DNA of 63,994 nt, the filler included, from Octopus bimaculoides (taxonomy: Eukaryota), in the NCBI RefSeq assembly GCF_001194135.2. It is 6 parts of 6 records of this genome, joined end to end, with 100 filler letters (N's around TTAATTAATTAA, not from the genome) between each part and the next. Parts side by side here need not be neighbours in the genome. Positions count along the whole stretch, not along the records: positions 22,205 to 34,383 come from NC_068989.1; positions 34,484 to 52,583 come from NC_068990.1; 4 more parts are not named here. The stretch is one strand, 5' to 3'. Numbering within the stretch: position 1 is the first letter of the stretch; each line of letters opens with the position of its first letter. The notes beneath the pieces are model-generated. The model had not been told where the DNA came from and searched no databases. It saw nothing but the letters and a program-made list of their open reading frames with translations. The position numbers and the translations under genes were made by a program. This document shows, in pieces, positions 25,326 through 37,160 of the stretch.

Positions 25326-25690
25326 ACTGTAGTGGTGATGACCTTGTTGTTTCCGTTGTGTCTGTGTTCGCTGTGACCGTGGTATCTGCAGTTTTAGATG
25401 TTTGTGGAAGTGTTTGTTCTTGTGCCTGTTTAGGTTGTCTGCGTTTGCAGGATTCTGGTGATAGTGATGGTGTTGGTTGTGTTGTTGTTGGTATTATTAG
25501 GGAGATGTGTGCGTGGGTGGTGTTTATATTTTTTATTGTGGGTGTCGTTATGCATTTGTGTAGTTTTTCTTTTGTGCTTTCTTTTCTGCTTTTCGGGGTC
25601 TTTTGGTTTTCTTTCCTCTTTACTACTGGAAGATGAGGTGTCTGTAGGTTTGTTCTATTCTAATCAGTTTCCATGCCTGGAGCAACATTT
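25326..25690 (-). mobile_element. Low-complexity T/K/N-rich segment, probably LINE ORF1
   Basis: A/C-rich on the - strand with low-complexity translations (KEERKPKDPEKQKRKHKRK), directly upstream of ORF2. Assignment is by position only. Confidence 0.4.
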
Positions 25691-25699
25691 CATCTTTAT

Positions 25700-27170
25700 T
25701 TGTGAAGGCCACTATGAAGTGTTGCTTCCTTTTCGCGGATCTTTTCAATTTGACGGCCAGATTTTATTATTTTTTTAAACTAAGCACTTTGAAACTTCAG
25801 ATACTGGTAGAATGTGTCACATAGAACAGGACTAAACTCTGAACGTTTTTGACAAAATTTTGTATTTTAGAAGTTATTTCGTGTTGAAGTTGTCGTATTT
25901 AGATAATTTCAACCAATCAATGACGTGTATTCAGCTGAAGAAAATTACTTCTGCTGTTTGCGAACAACTTCCGGGTCCACTCCCCTAATAAAACCCTTCT
26001 TTAATGACCAGAGGTGTTTTCATAGCAACATAGGTTTGCTGTATCAGGGTTGATTTGAGGCTAAATAACAACAAAATTATTACTGAGACAGACCAACGAC
26101 GAAACCTGTATGTGGTTACATGACCTGCTAGAATAAGTAGCCAAACTTTTTTTATATACAATATAGAAAATCCTCTATCCTGTGATATACACGTAGAGTC
26201 CATTATGTATGGGAAGAAAGACGGAATGGTCACAGTTGGGACGTCTTTGATCATATCTATTCAATCAGATCCAACTCGGGACTAAACAACAAGTGACGAA
26301 GGAAAGGATACGAGGCAACGAGAGAGCGTTTACCTGGTCGCTCGAGTTGCTAGAAAGAGCAACCAAATCTTCCTGACAAAAAGAAAAATGAAATTTCCGT
26401 CTTCAAGAAAAAAATTAATGCAATTTATATTATTTATTAACGTTCGCTTAGGAATTCATTACTTCTAGAAAAGAATAAGACAAAATGGTCATGGCTGGAA
26501 CGCCTTTTTTCACAGCTCCATTATAATTAGAGATATCCTGTGGTTCAAACAATATTCTTCCCTGAATGATGAGGCGGCTAAAGTTGAAGAAAAGTTGAAA
26601 GAATAAACGATAGCAAGTATCCATATTCCAAATATTGGGATTCTCTTGACTAGCGTAATTTATTCAGCTTTTCGTATGAAATAAATAGAAAATGTTATGG
26701 GAACTCGGTACATATTATGGCTCATATCCAGTATTGTACGAAAGTAGTTTCACGGATCTTGTAAATCTAAGTCACAGTTTGGCTACTTTTTCTAGTAGGT
26801 CATGCAAGCACATGCAGGCTCCGTCGTTGGTCTGTTTCTAATAATTTTGTTGCTATTTAGCCTCAAATCAACCCTGATGCAGCAAACCTATGTTGCTATA
26901 AAAACATCTCTGCTTATTAAAGAAGGGTTTTGTTACGGGAGTGGACCCGGAAGTTGTTGTTCGTAAACAGCAGCAATAATTTTCTTCAGCTAAATACACG
27001 TCATTGATTGGTTAAAATTACCCAAATACGACAACTTTAACACGAAATAACTTCTAAATTACAAAATTTTGTCAAAAACGTTAAGAGTAAGTCCTGTTCT
27101 ATGTGAGACATTCTACCGGTATCCGAAGTTTTATGGTGTTTAGTTTTAAAAAAATTAATTAAAAATATCT
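25700..27170. mobile_element. Non-autonomous DNA element with about 345-bp terminal inverted repeats (about 25770-26115 and 26808-27152)
   Basis: Long reverse-complement match, e.g. AGGTTTGCTGTATCAGGGTTGATTTGAGGCTAAATAACAACAAAATTATTA / TAATAATTTTGTTGCTATTTAGCCTCAAATCAACCCTGATGCAGCAAACCT. No transposase inside. Confidence 0.8.
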
Positions 27171-27238
27171 ATTTTCGCTACTGCTACAGCGAACGTGTTT
27201 TTGCAGTGCTAACGATTCATCAAACTCGGTGCTGCTGA

Positions 27239-27307
27239 GAAGAAGAAGAAGAAGAAGAAGAAGAAGAAGAAGAAGAAGAAGAAGAAGAAGAAGAAGAAGA
27301 AGAAGAA
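27239..27307. repeat. (GAA)n microsatellite running into a gap
   Basis: Direct reading. Confidence 0.95.
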
Positions 27308-27550
27308 NNNNNNNNNNNNNNNNNNNNNNNNNNNNNNNNNNNNNNNNNNNNNNNNNNNNNNNNNNNNNNNNNNNNNNNNNNNNNNNNNNNNNNNNNNNNN
27401 NNNNNNNNNNNNNNNNNNNNNNNNNNNNNNNNNNNNNNNNNNNNNNNNNNNNNNNNNNNNNNNNNNNNNNNNNNNNNNNNNNNNNNNNNNNNNNNNNNNN
27501 NNNNNNNNNNATATATATATATATATATATATATAAGTACATCTACATAT

Positions 27551-27931
27551 CGTCGTGGCACTCCGTCGCTTACAACGACGAGTGTTCCAGTTAACCCGAT
27601 TAACAGACTGCTCGTGAAATTATCATGCAAGTGGCTAAGCACTCCACAGACACGTGTACCCTTAACGTAGTTCTCGGGAAGATTCAACGTGACACAGAGT
27701 GTTACAAGGCTGGCCCTTTGAAATACAGGTACAACAGAAACAGGAAGAACGAGTGAGAGAAAGTTGTGGTGAAAGCGTACATCAGGGTTCGCTACCACCC
27801 CCTGCCAGAGCGTCGTGGAGCTTTAAGTGTTTTCGCTCAATAGACACTCACAACGCCCGGTCTGGGAATCGAACCCACGATCCTACGACCGCGAGTCCCC
27901 TGTCCTAACCACTGGACCATTGCGCCTCCAC
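27551..27931 (-). mobile_element. Full-length tRNA-Arg-like SINE (family D)
   Basis: The head on - reads GTGGAGGCGCAATGGTCCAGTGGTTAGGACAGGGGACTCGCGGTCGTAGGATCGTGGGTTCGATTCCCAGACCGGGCG, with an intact A box (TGGTCCAGTGG), B box (GGTTCGATTCC) and an anticodon-like TCG. Confidence 0.85.
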
Positions 27932-27934
27932 ACA

Positions 27935-27984
<50 letters not shown>

Positions 27985-28865
27985 TGAGTATAGTTCTAAA
28001 TCTGTAGATGCTATATATGTGGTTGGTTTTAACAATAATAATAATAATAATTATAATAATAATAATGGAGATGATAATGATGACGATGATAATAATTACT
28101 AAAGAGCATGGACATGTGACAACGAGCTGCCGCAAGGATAAATGAAATCTGAAACCATCACGAAGCAGGAATTAAGAATCCGTAAAAAACAATGAAAGCA
28201 ACGTATCTTTACGTAAGCCATATAAGGAAAGTAAAGGATTAAAAATAGCTTCCCCAGATGCATCGCCACCGCAACATGAGTAAAAATGTAAATACATAAT
28301 ACATGGGCTGCAATACGAAAACGGCAAACCTGTAATGAAAATTTAAAATTTTAAATCTTAATTACAAATACATCCATATTTTTACTACACCTCTCAATAT
28401 ATGCAGACTGCTGTTTCTCATCGGTCTCTCGCTGATGCATGAATAATAATTATAACTACAACAGAAACATCAACACATGTCCATGGGCGTTTTACAGTTA
28501 AAAAATTAAACGCTGTGAAAACGAACCAAAAGAGAAAGAACGGTGGACAGACAATCATGAGTACTATGAAATAACTGATTCATGATTTACACACACTACT
28601 ATGCAACACTGCTCCAAAAACATACAGCAATAAACTCATAACATAAATACCCAACAAAATTAACAAAGCCCACAACATGTGCCATAGAAGCCCAATACCT
28701 GACAGAAGAACACAACCTGCGAAGCACAAACAACACACTATACAAAAACTAATACAACAGAAGACTCAAACCAAACTTCATAGCAAAACATAGCTACAAT
28801 ACAATATCACCCTTCCTCCCCTAAAACGAAATGCAGCACACTCTACCCCCAACAGCATAAAAGTG

Positions 28866-29155
28866 CAACAAATGATGCAATAAAAGGTTGCATGAAACTA
28901 TCAGATGTCGATAAATAATAATGGTGATGACGTTGGTGACGAATGTTACCTTACCTCAGTTTATGAGACAGGAGTTTCCGAATAAACTCTGATTTTAACA
29001 GCGAAAGGTCCAACAAATAATGCAAAAGAATGTTGCTTCAAATTACCAAATGTCGGAAAATAATAGTGATAATGACGTTGGTGACAAACGTTACCTTACC
29101 TCAGTTTAAGAGAGACAGGAGTTTCCGAAGAAACTTTAGTTGTAACAGCGAAAAT
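28866..29155 (+). repeat. Two diverged tandem copies of a 145-bp unit
   Basis: Units start at 28866 and 29011 and share GACGTTGGTGAC.AA.GTTACCTTACCTCAGTTT..GAGACAGGAGTTTCCGAA. Confidence 0.85.
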
Positions 29156-29199
29156 GAAGCTGGACCATTAAGGGAAAGCCTCTCGCTCGGTAGTGGCTC

Positions 29200-32100
29200 A
29201 GTAAAGATGTTGAATAAGCACAACTATTATCCTAATACAGCATCAGCAGATAATAGAGTAAGGAGCAGGAAGTGGACCAGCGAAGAAAACAGAATATTGA
29301 TGCAGTGCTACTTAGAAAGTGAACCTAAATCTAAGGGTTATAGAAAACGGATGTTAACACTTTGGATAGAGAATGGTATGTTTACAGTGAATGAGCAGAG
29401 ATTAGTTGATCAAGCTAATGCTATTAGAAGAAAGTGGATGGCAGAATTGAAAGTAGAAGAGATCACAAGAGAACTGGAAAAGAAAGACCAAGCAGTAAGG
29501 AAGACAAACAACATAAGATATACACCACAAACCAAAGAAAAACCTAAAAGGAAAAAAAAATAGTAACGCTACCAATAAGGAAGGAACAACTGGCACCAGC
29601 GACCTCAGTGATTTCAGATGACTTGCAGGAAGTACCGAGTAAAGAAGTAAGAACAAGATTGCTAGCATTAAATGGCACCAACAGAAGAGAAGGAAACTGC
29701 TAGAAATGACTAGGAAAGTAGATTCTATTATCAGTAGGATAGATACTAAAAATATAGGAGACACTAACTTTTTGATCTATGGAGGAGGGGTAGTAGTCAC
29801 TAGAAGATTAACTATCTCACAGGTAAAGATTTAAAAAGAGCAAATGTAAAAAAGAAGACGAAAAACTTTAAGACAAGATCTGGAAACTGAACAAGCTAGG
29901 AAACACAAGATAGAAATCTTCCCTCGAGAAAAGATACTTAGTCAAAGAGAAAGGATTTGGGACAATAATAGAAGAGTTGAAACAGCGTATCATAGCAGTA
30001 GCAAGCAAGTTGTCCAGATATCAGAAAAGAATAGATCAGTGTTAACAGAATGGATTATTTGAGACACACCAGAGGAGATTTTATAGCCAAATAAATAGTG
30101 GAGAATAAAGTACTGAAGATGAGAAACCTAATGCAGAAAGTTCTGGAGTAATATTTGGGATCAGCCAGGGAATAATAATGGAGATGCAGTATGGTTATAG
30201 AACGTGAGGAGAGAAGTAATTAGTGAGAAGCAGTCAAATCTAAGACTAACTAGTGCATTAATGAGTAAAGTCTTAGGGAAAATGCCGAATTGGAAGGGCC
30301 CAGGACCAGATTTAAGTTCAGGAGTACTGGCTAAAGAAATTTAGTAGTTTACATAAGAAGCCGAGGATTGCCTTACAGGAGGAATAATACCAGATTGGAT
30401 GACTAGAGGGAGGACATAGAAACTATAGTCCAATTACTTGCTTACCATTAGTGTGGAAACTGTTTATCGGAATGTATTAAGAAAGCATTTACGAGTACCT
30501 TGAGAACCAGAATTTACTTCCAAAAGAACAGAAAGTTTGCAGTAAGAAGACTAGAAGAATGCATGGTCTATTATACATAGACAAAGCAGTTCTAAAGTAA
30601 AAGCTAGAAAGAAAAATTTAGCAATAGTATGGATAGATTATAGAAACGCCTTTGACATGATCCCACATTCATGAATAAGTGAATTTTGAATATATTCAGT
30701 ATAGCAGACAACATAAGAGACTTAATTAGCTTTAGCATGAAGAGATGAAAAGTATGTCCCTACTCAGGTGACGCACTCTTAGAGAAATTAGTATCAAAAG
30801 AGGAATTTTCCAGAGGCATTCGTTGTCCCCTTTAATATTTGTCTTATGTTTGATCACCCTCACCCTAGTATTAAGGAAGGCAAAGGTAGAATATCAGTCC
30901 AAAAATAGCAATGGAAAAATTAACCATTTCCTCTACATGGATGATCTGAATCTTTTTAGTTAAAATGAGAGTGTGATGGATTCCTTTATACAGCCTGTAA
31001 GACACGTCAGCAAAAATATAGGCATGGAATTTGGCATAGATATGTGTGCAATATTAGTCATGGGAAGGGTACAGGTAGTCAACAGCGAAGGCATCCAATT
31101 ACAAGATGGTCAGACATTAAAATCATTAAAAGGAGGTGAGAGTTATAAGGATCTAGGAGTGTTAGAATCTGACAGAGTACTAACTGTAGAAATAAAAATG
31201 AAAATTGAGAAAGCGTACAACAGAAGGATGGGGAAGCTACTGAAGTCAAAGCTAAATGGTCCGAATCTAGTGAAGGGTGTAAATATTTGGGTAGTATCAT
31301 TATTTAGATACTCAGCACCTTTTGTAGATTGGACAAACACTGAATTAGCAAAGCTGGAAAAGACTTGGAAGGAATTCAATGTGAATGGAAAACTCCACTC
31401 AAGGGCTGGAGTAGCAAGATTGTACTTACCTAGAAAGGAAGGCGGAAATGTTAATATCAGTAGGGTTAATATCAGTAGAAGACTGCGTGGAGTTAACTGG
31501 AGTAGATATAGACTCATATGTAGGTAATAGTAAAGTTTATTAAAAACTGCTAGAATCACAGCAAGACATAAGAAAACCAAAAGCCCAAAGTTAAAAACCA
31601 GAAAAGATAACAGAAATTATCTGAATGGCAGAAGAAGGTATTGCATGGTAGATTCCCAAAGATAGTTGCAGCAAATAATAGTAGTGAGGCATTGTTATGG
31701 GTGCAGAAAGGAAAGCTCAGAAGGGAGACAGAAGGTCTGCTAGTAGCTACACAAGAGGAAGCATTAAGGACTAATTGGATAAAAGCCATGATAGATAAAA
31801 ACCAAGTAGATTCACAATATAGGTTATGTAAACCAAAAGAGGAAAGCATTACTCATATAGTAAGTCAATGTAGAATGCTGGTACAGACAGAATAGAAGAA
31901 AAGACATGGCAACCTAAGGAGAGTAAGCCTCTGGCAGTTATGTTGCAATCTAGTAAAGTACTAGAAAGTAAGAAATACAATATGTTGTGGGACTTTTAAC
32001 GTTCAGGCTGACAGAATAATAGAAGCTGGAAGGCCTAATTTAGTAGTAGAAGATAAAGAGAATAGAAAATGCCAGATAATTGACTTTATAGTCCCACATG

Positions 32101-32400
32101 ATGTATTAATCCATATGAGAGGTATAGAAAAAATAGCAACGTACCAGGACCTAGCCATTGAATTACAGAGACTGTGGAAAGTGCGGGTAAAGTGTATCCC
32201 AGTAGTTATAGGCACGTTGGGAACTATCCCTAAAATCTGAACAGATGGATAGAGGAAATAGGCACAAAACAGTTTAGTACAGCTGCAGAAAACAGTGATA
32301 TTAGGGACAGCTAGGATACTTAGGGTGGGGGTTGGCATCGAAGGTTACTTGTAGCTCGATGTTAGGATTTTTTTCTTTTCGAACATTCTAATTTGTTCTT
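29200..32400 (+). mobile_element. Near full-length but degenerate R4/Dong-clade non-LTR retrotransposon (RT, CCHC, RLE)
   Basis: N-terminal SRKWTSEENRILMQCYLES..GYRKRM. RT motifs NYSPITCLP, WIDYRNAFDMIPHS, GIFQRHSLSPLIF and YMDDL. Zn knuckle YRLCKPKEESITHIVSQC. RLE RPNLVVEDK..IIDFIVPHD..YQDLAIELQRLWK..VVIGTLGTIPK. Many stops and frameshifts. Ends in an AAT-rich tail. Confidence 0.9.
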
Positions 32401-32789
32401 TTTATATAAAATAATTATTATTATTATAACAATAGCAATAATGGTAATAACAATACCAACAACAACAACAACAACAATAATAATATCATCATCTTGTAAT
32501 CAAATTACTTTTAAAACAACTTTCCAATTTATTTATGTTTTGACAGATACTCTCCAGAACAACACTCTATGGAAAACCAAATATATGGCACCCTAGTTAT
32601 AACACGAACTTGAACTTCTAACTTGTTATCTCTTGAATTTTCTGCGTGAAACTTCGAGTCAACTTGTACAAAATTAAATCAAAAGCCACCATATAACAAT
32701 AATAAATTTAGGAATAAAAATTACGATACGAAAAAATCCAATTTTAATAAAGGTAATACTAACTAAAAAGAAGATATAAACAATAAAAA

Positions 32790-33640
32790 GAATAGATCAA
32801 CAAATATTATATTGTATAATGCTCCAATCTCATATTCAGTAGCTTCAAATATCCCTCGTAAAGTCTTTGCTGCACTAGATAGGCATTCCCTGCCTTCAAG
32901 TAAATATGGGCGATTATTTAATCGTCATAGGGTAAAGATTTCCTTTTCAACCGCTAGCAATTTATCTGTGATTGTAACATACAATATATAGAGAGTTAGA
33001 GAATATCTAAATTCTAAATCTATGAACAAAAGTAGAACATATAATGTGCGTAATGATATTAATTCTAATAATACTTTTTCTGAAGAAGGTTTTGATTCTA
33101 TAACTAATCACAACTCCGTTAATATAGTTTGATTATCACTTAGCCTTGATATTGATTGTAATAATAATAATCCCACCTTAATACTTAATTTGCAGAAGAG
33201 AACTAGGAGAAATTCTTTTAACTATGGGTATCAAATGTAAGTGAATAAATGCCTCTCTAATTGTCTAAACAAAATTTTATATCCTTTAGAAAATCAGTGT
33301 TTAAGGAAAAATATAGTACATCAGTTTAAGGTAATAACTGGAGATCGTAAGTATTATTATATTGGTTCATATGCTACAATTTAGAAATTAAAATTTCATA
33401 TTTATTCTCATTCAAGTATAGAATAAAAAGTAATTCAACAAATTTCAGTAAATGCATTCGGAATTTAAACGATAAAAACATGAGGCATGATTCAAAGTGG
33501 TCCATTATTAGTTATGCACTATCGTACAATATTGGTAACTGTACATGTGATCTTTGCCTTGCAGAAATGTATTATATTATTACTTCTAAACTAATTTTAT
33601 TGAATTTTAATGAAAACTGTACAAGATGTTGCAATTAAAT
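32790..33640 (+). mobile_element. Penelope-like element 3' remnant (GIY-YIG endonuclease region)
   Basis: IILYNAPISYSVASNIPRKVFAALDRH...RLFNRHRVKISFS, LENQCLRKNIVHQF..YYYIGS, NSTNFSKCIRNLNDK..KWSIISYA..CDLCLAE. These match PLE linker and GIY-YIG patterns. Confidence 0.8.
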
Positions 33641-34271
33641 TGGAAAGACATTCAAAGATTTTTCAATTATTAATTATAATCAGTATAATTCTTATAAAAT
33701 GTTTAATATAATGAATAAATTGATAACTAACTGTTGTGATATAAAGTATCGAAGTTTCTATTAATCATGACGTTAAATTCTTGTTTATTCTTTAGTTATC
33801 CAGTGACGTCACCTACAGTTGTATACAAAATAATATTTTTTTTAATATTTCATTACCCACAGCCGTTATCAATAGTTGAACACATAAATAACTTATCTTA
33901 ACTGTGTATATTTTTTGTATTTTCGTTATCCAATGACGTCACCATTAGTTAAATGAAGGAATGTCTTAGGTTAGATTCGATTTCGGCGCTCTTTTTCATA
34001 GCGTTTATCAACTGGTAAATATTTCAAACGTTCAATTTGAATTTCATTAATTTGGGGTAGACTTCATGACATAGTGTTAACGTATATTTTTCAGAATATG
34101 CATATCAGTTTTAATATTTTTTTATACACACACACACACACATATATATATATACATGCACATATAATTACATATATACATATACATCTATATACATACA
34201 TATATATATATGTGTATACATATATAAGTGTGTGTGTGTATACACGCATATATATATATATATATATACAC

Positions 34272-34311
<40 letters not shown>

Positions 34312-34325
34312 GTATATATATATAC

Positions 34326-34365
<40 letters not shown>

Positions 34366-34483
34366 GTATATATATATACATATNNNNNNNNNNNNNNNNN
34401 NNNNNNNNNNNNNNNNNNNNNNNNNNNTTAATTAATTAANNNNNNNNNNNNNNNNNNNNNNNNNNNNNNNNNNNNNNNNNNNN

Positions 34484-35234
34484 TTATATATTTATATATT
34501 TAATCCTTTATATTGAACACTCAATATTTCATCTATTCAATAAGACATATTCCATATATTCAATAAGACATTCAATACTTTATTTCATAGTACCATCCAT
34601 TTTTATTTTATATTATATATTGTATATTATATTATATATTGTATATTCCATATTCTATATCCCACATTGGTTTTGCAGGAATATAAATAAAACATAAAAG
34701 ACAGACAGTGTTGGAACTCTTTTAAACAAAATAATATATTCCTCTATACACAATCATACAACCCCCCCCCCTTTTTTTGTATTTATTTTTACTCGCATAT
34801 ATATATATATGTATGTATATATTGTATATGTAGAGATAGATACACACACACACACATATTTGCATGCTTTTCAATGAGTGAAACATTTAAAAGAATAAAA
34901 GAATTCTTAAATCAGTATATAGAGCGATTATCTTACTTGGGGTTTAAAAATCTTATCCCTATAACTAAAACACAAAAAATCTCTCAAATATCATCATTTC
35001 TAAAAATAGATTTGGCAGCATTTCTAAGAACAGCCAAACACCTACTGGGGTTTAAAAATCTTATCCCTACAACCCAAACACAAAACACTCTCAAATATCA
35101 TCATTTCTAAAAATAGATTTGATGGTACTATGAAATAAAGTATTGAATGTCTTATTGAATATATGGAATATGTCTTATTGAATAGATGAAATATTGAGTG
35201 TTCAATATAAAGGATTAAATATATAAATATATAA
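34484..35234. repeat. Perfect 114-bp inverted repeat (34484-34597 / 35121-35234), with a 108-bp-period direct repeat (34938-35014 / 35046-35121) inside
   Basis: Direct reverse-complement comparison. The left arm begins exactly at a gap edge. Confidence 0.85.
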
Positions 35235-35900
35235 AGGCGAATATTTTCTATACCTTGTGGTATTTCATATTTTCTATACTTTGTAGTATTTCATCATGGC
35301 CGGTATCACAGACAGATTATAAAAGGAATATAATAAAAATTACTTTTAAAGTTGCTCATTTTCGCTAATGATTATGTATTACCTTACAACAAATATCCAT
35401 CCTACAGTAAACAGAAAATTGAACTGAGATTAAGAAATGATCGCATCTTTAAAAGTCACTTGACTATATAGTATAAAAGAAAACTAAGAAAATTTATAAA
35501 CGGTGTAACTGTCTTTTCTGGAAACAAGGGATATAATTTTTTTAAGAAAATGAAGTGAGAAATACTTAAATTTATAAGAGTAAATAAAAACAGAATTTGA
35601 ATTGTATAAAATTAATCGTTATATAGTGAAACCTTATGAATTTGAGCTGAAATATGGTGATAACCAGTTATCACCATATTTTAGTTAAATTCATGATAAC
35701 CAGATAGAATAATCTTAGCAGCTTGTGTTTGCAGAAATAACTGTCAATATCAGTGTGAGTGTAAATGTCTCTGTTTAGTTCTCCATGTTCTGCAAATGGT
35801 TGCTTTTACTAAGCCCTCCTATGAGCTGTCCACTAAGGAACCAAACCACTTTGAGCCAATAAGGGAGGCTGCTAGAAGTAACAGCCAAACCCCTCCCTAC

Positions 35901-36324
35901 TGGCCTATGGAAACAATTCATTGGATACTGTTGCCTGTGGTATATTGTGCGAGAAAAAATGACAGTATTGTTATAACTGAAATGGCCTTTGACCATTGAC
36001 CTGTTCTCTATTATGACAGACCTGGGGCTAAATAACAGTTGTGGAACAACAATACTTAACATTGCTGTTAATGTCTCTAGTATAAATGTCAACTTAAGAC
36101 ATCATTACTCTATTATTTCCATGGAAACAGCTGATGTGGCTCATTGCTCTTGTGTTAGTGTTAGCCTGTTAAAAGTAGTTCCAAGCAGTCAGAACTGCAC
36201 TATTTATGCATCAAGAGGTGAGTTTGGTACAGAAGAATAAAGCAGAAGTCATTGCTGCTGGGTTCTCTATTGCTACTGCTGCTATAAGCTTGCGTTTCAT
36301 TGGTCTGACTGTCTACTAGGAAAC
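35901..36324 (+). promoter_or_regulatory. Cluster of RFX X-box-like motifs, putative promoter region of the PDZ-PH gene
   Basis: ATTTCCATGGAAAC (36115-36128), GTCTACTAGGAAAC (36311-36324) and the half-site CTATGGAAAC (35905-35914). Motif match only. Confidence 0.3.
36013..36217 (+). CDS. Probable upstream exon of the PDZ-PH gene (5' boundary uncertain: ATG 36013, acceptor 36019/36020, or ATG 36121)
   Basis: Strong donor AAGAG|GTGAGT at 36217/36218. The frame is open from 35977 and is phase 1, which joins in frame to exon 42766 (…IYASR-E-CEETVHL…). Confidence 0.5.
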
Positions 36325-36964
36325 TGTAGCATAAACTCATAGATGTATAGGGACATTCAAGAAAGAAAGATTACAATCCTTCTTTCCTAGTCACTAATGA
36401 TAAATAATGTGACCAAAAGTACATTTATAAAAATCAGTATAGCAAAAATAAAGCAAATGAAATTTCATTATCGCCAATTACTTCAGCGTAACAGACTGTA
36501 AACAAGTTTGATGATATCTAAAATTCCTTAAACATCATTACGAGTGCAGGAATCACTAGATAGTTGCTAGAAAAAGAAAAGAGAAAGTTAAAAAAATGAA
36601 AACACGTCTCTAAAGAACATTAGGTATGGCTGTTAAAAAAAAAAATCAGTTAATGTTGTTTCTCCAGAGAATGTCATAATTCCTTGGCAAATGCTTAAAA
36701 AGATAAACAGATTGATACTTGTACAAATTGTATGATGAAGGTGGAAAGGATATAACTGAAAAGTACAAAGTTTCCTACAGAAGTGGAAGCATTAAGTACT
36801 TTAGTTAAGAAATTCTGAAAATTCTATTTATTTTTTTCCTTTTAATTGGCAGTAAGAAAAGATATTATTTACTAGATGAGAAAACATCAACCACTATTAT
36901 ATAAAGATTGTGGATTGGCAGAAGTGTTACAGTGCTACACAAAGTGTCTTGTAGCATTTGTTCT

Positions 36965-37160
36965 GGCTTGTTAGCATGCTGAGCAAAATGCTTAGTGGCA
37001 TTTCATCCGTCTTTATGTTCTGAGTTCAAATTCCGCTGAGATTGACTTTGCTTTACATCCTTTTGAAGATCGATAAAATAAGTATCAGTTGAGTGCTGAG
37101 GTCAATGTAAATGACTTAACCTTTCCCTTGAAATTGCTGGCCTTGTGCCAAAAATTTGAA
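36965..37160 (+). mobile_element. SINE family A, CpG-decayed, intronic
   Basis: TGAGTTCAAATTCCGCTGAGATTGACTTTG...TTGTGCCAAAAATTTGAAAC. Confidence 0.8.

Noticed and set aside
27855-27931. Possible tRNA-Arg gene
   Set aside because: The acceptor stem does not close, and the sequence continues into a 300-nt SINE body; it is a SINE head.
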